From: Macrostomum lignano
Taxonomy: Eukaryota
Reading direction: 5' to 3'
DNA: 64,000 nt
NCBI GenBank assembly: GCA_002269645.1
Contig: NIVC01000702.1
Span: forward strand, 1 to 64,000
Shown: piece after piece, positions 1 to 11,211 of the stretch
Numbering within the stretch: position 1 is the first letter of the stretch
Layout of the letters: the number at the start of each line of letters is the position of its first letter
Translations under genes and position numbers: made by a program
The notes under the pieces: generated by a model
Told to the model about the DNA's origin: nothing
The model's database searches: none
What the model saw: only the letters and a program-made list of their open reading frames with translations

Positions 1-2173
1 CATCGCGAGATTGAGATTATGAGTCATCTGAGGCATCCGCATATTCTGCAGCTCTATACAATGTTTTACGATCAGAAGCGCATCTACTTGGTGCTTGAGT
101 ACGCCTTTCGAGGCCAGATGTACTCCCTGCTCACCAGGATGGGCCGCTTCAGCGAGCGGAGGTCCGCCACCTACATGTACCAGCTGAGCCCTGCCTTCTG
201 TCATAGCAAGCAGGTCATTCACAGGGGTGAGTGAGAATCTCATGTAGCCAGATCTTTTCTCATGGGTGAGAATCCCATGTAGCCAGATCTATTCTCAAGG
301 GTGAGAATCCCATGTAGCCAAATCTATTCTCATGAGTGAGAATCCCATGTAGCCAGATCTATTCTCAAGGGTGAGAATCCCATGTAGCCAGACCTATTCT
401 CATGAGTGAGAATCCCATGTATCCAAATATATTATTATGGGTGAGAATCCCATGTAGCCAGATCTATTCTCATGGGTGAGAATCTCGTGTAGCCAGATCT
501 ATTCTCATGGGTGAGAATCTCATGTAGTCAAATCTATTCTCATGGGTGAGAATCTCGTGTACCCAGATCTATTCTCATGGGTGAGAATCTCGTGTAGCCA
601 GATCTATTCTCATGGGTGAGAATCTCGTGTAGCCAGATCTATTCTCATGGGTGAGAATCTCATGTAGTCAAATCTATTCTCATGGGTGAGAATCTCGTGT
701 AGCCAGATCTATTCTCATGGGTGAGAATCTCGTGTAGCCAGATCTATTCTCATGGGTGAGAATCTCGTGTAGCCAGATCTATTCTCATGGGTGAGAATCT
801 CGTGTAGCCAGATCTATTCTCATGGGTGAGAATCTCATGTAGTCAAATCTATTCTCATGTGTGAGAATCTCGTGTAGCCAGATCTATTCTCATGGGTGAG
901 AATCTCGTGTAGCCAGATCTATTCTCATGAGTGAGAATCCCATGTAGCCAGATCTATTCTCATGGGTGAGAATCCAGTGCAGTTAGAACAGAGTCGAACC
1001 CCCGCTGCCCCATCGCAGACATCAAGCCGGAGAACCTGCTGCTGGGATTCTATTACGAGCTGAAGCTCGCCGACTTCGGCTGGTCGGTGCACGCGCCATC
1101 GCAGCGGAGGCGAACCCTGTGCGGCACCCTGGACTACCTGCCGCCAGAGATGGTCACAGGGGTCACCCACGATGAAGGCGTCGACGTCTGGACGATGGGC
1201 GTCCTCTGCTACGAGATGCTGCACGGCTCGCCTCCGTTCGAGGACGAAGATGAGCACGGGACCCAAAAACGAATCGCTATGGTGGACTTCACCTTCCCCG
1301 AGCACATCTCTCCTCTGGCCAGGTGAGGCGGTTAGGAGGGGACAGTTTTGTCGTTTTCTGTTGCTTACCGGTTTTTTTTAATAATTATTCTTCTAATGTC
1401 AAATCTCATGAACCCACTTGCCGCCTCAAATGCCACTCCCAATCTCATAAATCCCACTCCCCATCTCAAAAATCCCACTCCCCATCTCATAAATCCCACT
1501 CCCCATCTCATAAACCCCACTTCTAATCTCATGAATTAGTTTAGTTGGATAAATATTGTTTAAAGCGTGGATAAAGTTGGATACATCCTACTTTCCATCT
1601 CATAAATCTCAATTCCCATCTCGTAAATCTTACTTCCCATCTCAAAATCTCACCCACCACCTCATAAATCTCACTTCCCGTCATAAATCTCACTTCCCGT
1701 CATAAATCTCACTTCCCGTCATAAATCTCACTTCCTATCTCATAAATCTCTCACTTCCCATTTCATAAATCTCACCCACCATCTCATAAATCTCACTTCC
1801 TATCACATAGATCCCACTCTCATCTCACAAATCTCACTTCTCATCTCAACTCTGAATTAACTCCCAAGCTTGCACTTTCGACATTAGAAAATTCCAATTA
1901 TTTACGCCCCCTATGTCTTTTATATATTGATTCCCATAAAAAACTGTTGCCATCAGAGACCTGATCAGCCGCATTCTGCGCAAGCGCTCCAAGGACCGCA
2001 TCAGCCTCCAGGACATCCAGTGCCACCCGTGGATTGAACAGCACGCTACAAAATCTGTAGACACGAACCCCAGCCATCTGGAGTCTTACCTGCGCGAGGA
2101 TTTCAATCGGACGATGAATGAAGAGTCCAAGGCTCTGCTGACCGACTGCACTGCTGAGAGTCACGGAGAGTGA
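1..2173 (+). CDS. AURK: Aurora kinase, 3' part (exons <1-226, 1019-1322, 1957-2173)
   Basis: The spliced frame reads [19 protein letters not shown]...VIHR|DIKPENLLL...[29 protein letters not shown]...AR|DLISRIL...HPW. This contains the HRD, DFG and Aurora-typical [15 protein letters not shown] motifs. GT-AG introns 227-1018 (phase 1) and 1323-1956 (phase 2) keep the frame, and the stop is TGA at 2171-2173. The 5' end lies outside the window. Confidence 0.95.
227..975. repeat. 35-bp intronic minisatellite (GTGAGAATCTCGTGTAGCCAGATCTATTCTCATGG)n, about 21 copies
   Basis: A direct tandem repeat with period 35 (e.g. AATCT at 481 and 516). It starts at the Aurora intron-1 donor. Confidence 0.95.
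1400..1850. repeat. Degenerate ~19-21-bp tandem repeat (ATAAATCTCACTTCCCATCTC) in Aurora intron 2
   Basis: ATAAATCTCAC/ATAAATCCCAC units recur throughout the interval. Confidence 0.8.
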
Positions 2174-4249
2174 TTGCCGGTATTTTCAAGGTGCAAATTT
2201 TAACTGACCTACAATATACTGCAGCTCTAGCTCTGATGTGTGCATAAATGTTTGTATAGTTATTTGCTATTAGTGTGACTAACTAACCTGTCCATCAATT
2301 ACTACCTGTTGAGAACGTTGCCCTGACCAGAATCGCTAAGGAGTCATTGCACACAATATATTTAAGTCTCTAGCGACTCTAGAGCGATCTTTTGTGACAT
2401 TTTAACGACACAAACGACTAACTCAAGTAAACTAAATTAAGTTGTTATATAAATGCGAAGTGCGATTTTAATTCATAAAGACGCAACTCAGTGATTTTAC
2501 AGCGACTCTGGTACGCCTCAGATCCGACTGTACGGTCTCAGTCGCAGACAATTGAGACAGTAAAACGTTTCAAATTGTTTTAGAGTCGTCTAGAGTCACT
2601 TCTTTCCTAGTTTACCTGTGTTACCTGCAACGACTCTATGCTGCTTCTTGGCCTTCTCGTTTTCATCGGGGTGGGGGCAATTTAGTTTGCAAAATACATG
2701 CAATTTTCTTTTTTATTTACATGTATGACCATCCTCATTACATTTGCATAATTCATATGCTATTACTAATGTAATAAACAGTGAATTAGTAATGATATTA
2801 GCTTGAATTTACTGGTGCTGATTTATTTTTTCTACTTATTGCTCAAAGCTACAAGTCTTAATTAACACTCGTTGATTTAGCCATACCGATATATATTTAC
2901 AATATTTTGTAAGTTTTTTCTGTCTTAATCAGCATTTTGTAGGAAACAGCTGGTAACTAAAATAGTATATTTTGTCCTGCGTAATAAATTTTTTAATAAA
3001 TGCTACTAATTAAATTGCCTGCTCGCAATATTTTATTTATTTTATTGTCAAAACATAAACAAGTTTCTTAAGGGGCTTGTTATTTGAAATAATACGCATC
3101 TTTAGTTAAGCATATATTAGGAACAAAGTATAGTGAATCAGCCAGTCTCAGGGGTTTATCTCAATTTTGCATAATGCCGGAGCAGTCGCAGACCAAACAG
3201 ACATTTTTTGCCTGAAAATCTAAATAAAATTGATTAATATATCGATGAGTTTCTAGCTACTTAAATCTGTATGAGTAACTTCCCCTTGGGTTAGACAAAA
3301 TGGGGAGACAAGATTTTTATTTGAATTTTAAAGTTGTATTTTTATGCAAATGCGAACAGCGGTTAGAATTTGATTTATATTAAAATACGATCGATACGAC
3401 AAATATGCATTAATTGGTTGCTGGTCAATTGTTATATTCTATTTCGTCATATAGGATAACGAAGTGACCAGGAGCTAAGTAGCATTCTAAAGTGATATGA
3501 GATGAAGTTAGCAAATATTTTAATAATACCTGGAACCTAGGTTAATCAATACTTTGTTATCAATTTCAATCGGCTAAGTGGTGGATGACAATCCATTGCA
3601 ACACACTCGTGTGTAACAATGCACATATAACTAAACCGTAAATTTGGACCCTTCGAGAGAGTAATCGCCAATAGAGATGGGCACAAAGTCTTAAGTATAA
3701 AAAATTCAAACAATTAATACTTTAAGAACACGTATTTGCATACAATAAATACTTTATACTCGTAAATTATCCACATTAATTCACTTAATTGACATGCTTG
3801 TGGATGACGAAATGACTCCCTTCAGTTAGTGTATGTTGATTAAGATGACGAAGTGACCAGAACCGGGAGGGGGGTCATACATACAGACACCCTAGATGAC
3901 GAAATAACAGGGACGCTTTCATAACCGACCTCCTGCTAATCTCTAATAAAAGCGAGTTTTAAGTAGCATCCTACTTCAGTTTTCCATTAAGCTAAATTAT
4001 TGTAATGATCACTTTTAATGAGTGCTGTTGACCGTAGAGTCAAGCTGGGTTTAGCATTTGACTGATATTAAAGCTAGATGTGCATACTGTACAAAATGTA
4101 CTTGAATGTTATGCCTTTGTTATCTTATGCTTACTATGCAAAACAATGACATTCCTTGATATCACCTTACCAAGTTAGAAGCAACTCAAATTTAATTAAA
4201 TCTGATGTGGACACTACTTGTACTGTAGTTTTCTGATCATCAAGCTTCT

Positions 4250-4580
4250 AGTGTGGGCTCAGAGAAGATAGTTGAGCTCGGGGTAGGTACTCGTAAAATT
4301 CACCATGGCGATCTGTTTCTGAGTCCCGCGCTTCATCCTCGAGGAGTTGGACGAGGACCGCATGCAACAACAACCATCCTGTCCTGCAACGAAACTGCTG
4401 GGGCTGAACGAACCGACTGAAGAAGTTGCGTTCAATCCTTCTCTGCACACGGGAAGAATATAGCCAGCATCAGACAAAATAACGCAGAGTTTCTGATTCC
4501 TGGAATGAGTTCGATAATCACCCAGCTGGTTCGGAATTCCACAAGAGCTGTTAACTGCCATTCTCGTTAGCAGAGCTTCC
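4250..4580 (-). pseudogene. Degenerate inverted Aurora-kinase-derived fragment
   Basis: The minus strand encodes EDE..RGTQKQIAMVNFT..YPE, against [21 protein letters not shown] in Aurora exon 2 (10/12 identity in the core). LLTRM and QL..HSR also match exon 1 in collinear order. The fragment is frameshifted and shortened. Confidence 0.6.
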
Positions 4581-5919
4581 TGGCGCTGTCTCATTTCGTA
4601 TTTACAATTGGAAATAGCGGAATACCCTTTGTCGGCATCTATAATAGAGCTCTATGCGTTCTCGAGAGACTACTTAATGCAGTAGCAATAAGACAAATAT
4701 GCGTTTTCTGCCGCGGCCTCCAGCTCATTTCTAAGAAAAGCGAGTTTTAGCGTCCCTATGAATTCGATGACTGGATATGAATGTATCAACTACAGTAATC
4801 TTTGGACTTGTCTACTTATAATACTATATGAGTAGTATATAAAACATCTGGACTTAAAACGTCTCGCTAACGTACGCGACTTTATAGAAACAATTCTATA
4901 CTCATTTAGGTTTCTATACAGTAACCCATTTTTTTACATGGATTAAAGTCATGACTTACACTGCCTGAGCAAAAGTGTTTGACAGCATAAAAAATAAAGA
5001 ATATTTTATTTAAGAGTTTCACCACAGTGTTAGTCGTTAAGCGGGGGTATTACAGGAGGGTTTGGCTCTGAAAAATAACCACTTTCGGTACTGTAAGGAA
5101 AGAAAACACAAATCGGGATTACCGTTTGATTTATTAAGGGTTCTAGTTAATCATGATTAAGGGATAAGTCGTGTAGCTAAGTAGCTATAAGGAGTTCGGG
5201 ACTGAAATGCTTCTGAGAAATAAAAGTTACATAGTAGGGGTACAGTACAGCTACACACGCTATATTACACGTAGATATATGTATACTAGAATGTCATGCC
5301 TTAGTTGCTTTTCGGTTAATTAAAGGTCTTGCTTTGGCCTTTACAATCATGTCTGATTAAAAACAGACAATCGGTAGACATAATTATCCGCTCTTGCACT
5401 TTCCACACCATGCTTTATCCGACAGAGGCGTTTCATTCGCTAACACGTGAAAGTTTTTTTCAAAAAAATTTCTTAATGTGTTATCTAAACTATATAATTG
5501 AAGTTGGTCTTACGCTATTTTAACTCCTGCATATATCGCGATTTAACTATTGGCATGGGCGGATAAGCGGATAATTTAGCGAAAATAGTGCATTTAGACT
5601 AGTTGCGCAACCCCCAGTCGGTAGCTTCCACATATTGAAGCTTTTGATAAATCTTACCTGCAAGTGTAAAGATACTTTGATACTTCAAATATGTTGTCAC
5701 TCAACTCCTTAACAATGTAACAGACGTGCAGAACAGGTAATAGTAATCACAGTAAGCAAATATATATATACGTACAGAACTAAATGAAAATAGGTTCCTA
5801 TTAAATGATTCAGCCGTAGCTTTAAATATATCGATATGAAGAATTAGTAGCGGGCATGCAGAAACAATTAGTAAACAACAAAGCGAATACAATTCGAACG
5901 ACAGCATAGATGAGAAATA

Positions 5920-8271
5920 TCACAGCAGATTGAGCTGCGCCATGTAAACTCTGCGCAAGATTGTCTGACAGTCCGCGAACACTCGCCTAATGTTCTCCGT
6001 GTCCACGGCTGTTGTGTAGTGCGGATAGCATCTGCGCTGCCCGTCGCCTTGGGCGATGGCCTGGAACTTGTCCCGCACGAAGCTCTTGGCCCTGGTCAGC
6101 TCCGGCTCCTCCTTGGGATTCTCTGAGTCCGGCCCCGGCTGAGGGTAGTTTTTGTACTCTTCGAAGAAGTCTTCCAGTTTCGTCTTTCCTTTAAGAATTT
6201 TTTCCTGCAAAGCAAAACCAAAATAAAAATTAGGGAAACAGCTTTTTTGGCCAAAATGTGTGCTCGTCTGGTGTGTTTTACTACACTATTACCTCCTATT
6301 TTGAACGAACTCCTTTTACTCAAACAAGCGGACATCATTTCAGAGACTGGTACATAGGTTCTTTTCAATTCCTGAACGCGTTTAACTCGAAAATCAACTC
6401 CTATGCAAAAGGAAGATAATCGAAAGAGACAGATCGTTTTCAAATCAAACGTGATGGCTGAGTCCGTGAGCGGAGACATATAGAGGAAGAAGTGCGAGAC
6501 GAACTGCTTGATGAGGAAGGCAAAGACTGGACAGAGGAATATAAGTCAATTGTTTGCCGTTTGATTTGATATGTTCTTCTTGTGTTAGCTGATACTGCGA
6601 GCGTACCAGTTTGTCTATGGTCCCACTTAGTAATATATAATAGCTAGCACCTGCTGAACTCATCCATTGCCCTTGCCTTTCGTGTCAACCGTCCAGCAAG
6701 GTGACCTACATTTAGTAGCTTACTACAAGCCAAATGCCGACACCCCGTGCTCCCAGGCGAAGTTCCTAATGACCGACCGACACTTACAGAGACATAACAA
6801 AGTTATTGTTTGTTAATGATAGTTATGATAATACGCGCATACTTAAGAGATCATAGACTTTAGACTTGCCCATAGACACTCTGCTCTGGCTGAATTAAAA
6901 AGGTTATGTTCATGGATAAAGGAATATCATGGAATGCTCATCTGATATAATCTAGGGTCAATTTGCCTGATGAAAGTTAATAATAATTTTGGGCTGGTGA
7001 GAAGTCCATAGGCGACAGCTCGGTGCATTATTTGGCTTTTGCACTTGCAAGCATGACTAGCGGCTGGGATGCATCTGACAGACTGACTCAGCAGCAAATT
7101 AATCCTACGGGGGGTATTTTTAACTTTCATCAGCCAGCAGTTTCCAACGGGGTGTAAATTTCAAGTAGAAAATCAACCTAAACAACATCCTTACGTCTGA
7201 ATGTGTCAGTGTCTGAATGGATGTTCCGTTTCTTTGAATAAATATGAAGCTTGTTCAAAAAAGTAGGTAAAAAAGGTTTTAGTAACCAGTAATTAATTAC
7301 CTGGAAGGTGTCCTGTTTATTTAGAAACAGGATAACCGAATTCTGCTTCAGATAACGATTGTTCCAAATAGTACGAAAGAGCTCAATTGACTCTTTTAGC
7401 CGATTCTGAGTCGGGTCCTCGCGCAATCTCGAATCGTAGCCAGAGCAAGCGCAGACGAAAATTACCGCGGTGATGTCGTGAAACACCTGCAAGTCGAATG
7501 CCAAAAAAATTCTGTCACTCTCTAAATACAGAAATCACTCTATGGCTCCCAATTTGTCTCACCTGAATCCACTTGCGTCGCTCCTCTCTCTGTCCACCCA
7601 CGTCAAACATGTGAAACATCACCTTTTCGACTGTGAACTTGGTCTCGAAGATGCCCGACGTGAGGACTCGACAGCGCAGGATGTCCTGCTCGTCCGGGAG
7701 GTACTCCGGCTTGGCCACCTCTGCGCACTTGTCCAGAAACCATTTTGCTGAGTCGATCAGCTGGTATTCGTTGGATCGACTAAATGCCTCTTGAACGCCT
7801 TTGTCCTTCCACAATGTGCAGCAGTATTCAAAGAATTTTCCGGATAGTCGAAGTCCTTTGCGTAGACTCGTTTTGCACGTAGTCAACGTACTCCTGGTAC
7901 TCGGGGTGCTCCAGCTGCACTGGCGGATTCAGGTTGGGCATGGCACCGGTGATTGATAGCATACCGTCGCGAATGTTTCGCCGAATGTCTGGCACCTTCT
8001 CCCGTCGAGCCGAGTCATCGTAGCCCGTCAAATAGAGGATCTGCATCTGCTTGATCAGCGTGGACTTGCCGGACTCTCCGGCGCCCACCACGGGTATTTT
8101 ATGCGTCATGGCGTGCTGCTTCTTCTCCTGCTTCAGCTTCTTCTCAATATCGTCCTTTCGCTCCTTCGCCTTGTCTTTGCCGGCCGACTTTGCCATCTTT
8201 CCCGAGCCGGGTACCTTGCCGTTGGCAACCTCGCCATCGCCGTCTTTGGTTTTGGGCCGGAAGCAGCTCAT
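5920..8271 (-). CDS. GNAS: Heterotrimeric G protein alpha subunit, Gs class (exons 8271-7563, 7486-7301, 6204-5920); two 1-nt deletions at about 7857 and 7837
   Basis: Motifs present are [50 protein letters not shown], the Gs-type insert before TRAK and [11 protein letters not shown]. Both introns are phase 0 GT-AG. The DFDYP segment lies in a third frame between the two supplied ORFs. Confidence 0.9.
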
Positions 8272-9671
8272 CGTGACGGCCAGTTGCTGGCAGTAAAACT
8301 TCCGGGCCTTAAGGGTCTCGGGGAAGCCGCAGAAGGGGACCTACAGTAATTCGATGACAATTCGTTCTGTGCAGAGAAATTCTGTTCGGTTATGTATAGC
8401 TGCTGTCACTTTTTCCTTTTCTGCGCTACTGATAAACTGTCTTCTCAGCCTACCTATTTTGGATGGAATGGCACAGTTAGCAGTCTTGGTTAAAAAAATT
8501 GAGCTTTTTTTTCCTAGCAGAATGTTGGAATTTGCCACTCTGTATCTTTGCTTCGCTATTTTCTTTCTTTTTCTTCTCTTTATTTTTCTCTCTCCTCACC
8601 CAGTCGAACCCAACCTGCTCACAGTTGCAGTACTGGCAGAGTTTGTGCGTGCTCTGGTGCCACACTCCATCCCAGACTCCCCATGCGCTTCATCGTCCTT
8701 TCTAGCTCTTTCTTTCGCTCAAGTCTGGGCGGGAGTAGTAGAATGCCACTTCGTGCTGTGAGACTCACGATCGCGCATCATGACCATCGTTGACCGCACG
8801 TCGTTGTTGCGCCAACCTTCCCTGGTCTCTGTGTGCCAGAAGGCAACAATCCCTGCCGTACGTGTTTCAGTTTATTTTTAAGACAGATAGAGAGACGGAG
8901 GGGCAGAGGTGAGGGTTTAGCGTCTTGTTTACTCTGCAAATTTTGCTTTCTGCAACAATGCCAGCCGCAGCCTCACTCCACTCAAATATAGCCACCTCAA
9001 CGCCGAAGCCCTCAGTTACTGTTACACTACTTATAATCACTCGCTCCGTCAGTGCGACTTGCGCTCAGTTGCAGCGGCTGCTCGACTCCAAGCATAGGTG
9101 CAAACAGTTATTAAAGAAGTAGACCTAATTCTATCTCTCCCCAGTCTCCACACTGTTCATTGGTCCACAATTGACAACAAGGTACGATATTGCAAGTTCT
9201 ATAGTCTCAGGCGGAGTCAGGCCCGCAACTCTTCAACTCTTCAGCAATGATGGAAAGTGGAAATAGGGCTAAAAACAACAATGAGAAATACTGGCTCGTA
9301 TTATTTAACTCTATTTTCGGGCATCCGAGCTTTTATAGAGAGGAAGAAATAACTTAAAATTCTGCATAGAGACGGCTTTTTATCGCGAAAAAATTGTGCA
9401 GTCATTTGCAGTCACGGTTCATTGCCTGGGTCTCTGCATCTGCTCTAGACTCCAGCCTCAAACCGCATCTCTGTAGCACCCGTCACAGACTATTTTTGTC
9501 ACTAAGACGGGACGGGCAGATATTCACTAGTACGCAACTTTCTAAGGTTAATTAAACTGGCTCTGAAAAAACTGCAGTTGGCAGTCAACATTGGGTTTGA
9601 AGTGCAATGTGAAGTTTGTTATGCTTTTTTTAATCCTGGCTCCAGTTACCTAGGACCGAATTCTAGGTGTC

Positions 9672-9946
<275 letters not shown>

Positions 9947-11211
9947 AATTCGTGTCTTTAATTCATCACGAAAAAAGGGTGCTTGCTTTTAAATTATTTT
10001 GCAATACATTTCAGTTTCCATATATTTCAGCTTAAATGGATAAAGCGTATGTATACTTTGATTTACTGTATAGTTTTTGAAAATTAGTCAATATATGTTT
10101 TTTGAGTCGGAATTTCATGAACAGAACAGTAAAACATTCCGAAAAAGTTAGTTTGTTAAAATGATTCAGTTTAGTTTTGATGAATTCATGACGTTTAGCA
10201 TTGAGTGACTGAATTTAGGTATGAAACTCCACCAGATTAGACAAATGAAGAGCAGTCAAACGCTGAAAATATCGCTCATAATTTTAATGAATTTCCTAAT
10301 AGTAACCTAGTGCTTCATTGAAATTCAATTGAAATTCAGTTGCAAGCACTAAAAAGCATTCCAGGCTGCAACTAAGTGACGTAAACTCCAGTCGCATCGA
10401 AAGCCTGAAAATTTGAGCACAATTATAATTCAGCCGATAAAGATTTATGTTGTATAGTAGCGCAAGTTACCTGCTCTGCAGAATCCCCTGTGTACTGATT
10501 TCCCATCCGCTGCATCTTCAACACCTCCTGGCCTGCCTTCGGAGGCTGCGGTCGGCAGGTTTTGTTGAACAACTTGCAGGCGAGGCCCAGCAAAGCAGTG
10601 CTTGCGACAGCGGCTAATGAAGATGCAGCACATAGAAGAGGCCGCTCCCAGACTCTTGCCAGCCTGCTGCCTGGTGATGGTTAGGAAATTTTATTGAAAT
10701 TGAGCAGATGTTTTCTGCGCATCAAATTGCTGTCACCGAACTCACCAGTATCAGGTTCGGGCAGCCGGAGCAGTGCGAATGTACCGTTGAACAAACGGCA
10801 CCTAATAACCGAGCCTGCGATGGCAGACGGCTGTCGAAACACCGCCACGAACTGTGACGTCACTGAGCTGAGACAGCGCGAACCGCGAGGCCTCGATGCT
10901 TCCTATAAAGTTTCGAATATTTCGATCAGAAACTACATAAACAATCTGCTGAACAAACAATAAACAAACAAAAAACATAAACACAGAGTTTAGGTTAGAT
11001 TTAGGCTAGGTATTAGGCCAGGTATCAGGTTAGGGTTTAAGTTAGGGTTGGAGCTTGGCTTTGTAGGGGTAGGTCGGCAGTCAATTGACGCATACTTCCT
11101 GCTCAATCAAATCTTCAATTTTAACAACGCATTCTATGAGGCAACTAAACAATTTGAAATCATCTGAAGTTGTCTATAGTATTAACTTCTAGACACGACA
11201 CCACATGGAAT

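Noticed and set aside
2360-3900. Possible MITE remnants (CGACTCTA inverted pair 2365-2600; AGAGATGGGCA at about 3673; repeated GATGACGAA motifs)
   Set aside because: No convincing TIR pair with a TSD could be established.
10460-10870. GC-rich exon-like segment with a hydrophobic stretch and a donor
   Set aside because: There is no start or acceptor in the open frame and no recognisable homology.
10985-11075. Telomere-like TTAGG/TTAGGG motifs
   Set aside because: There are only scattered degenerate units, not an array.
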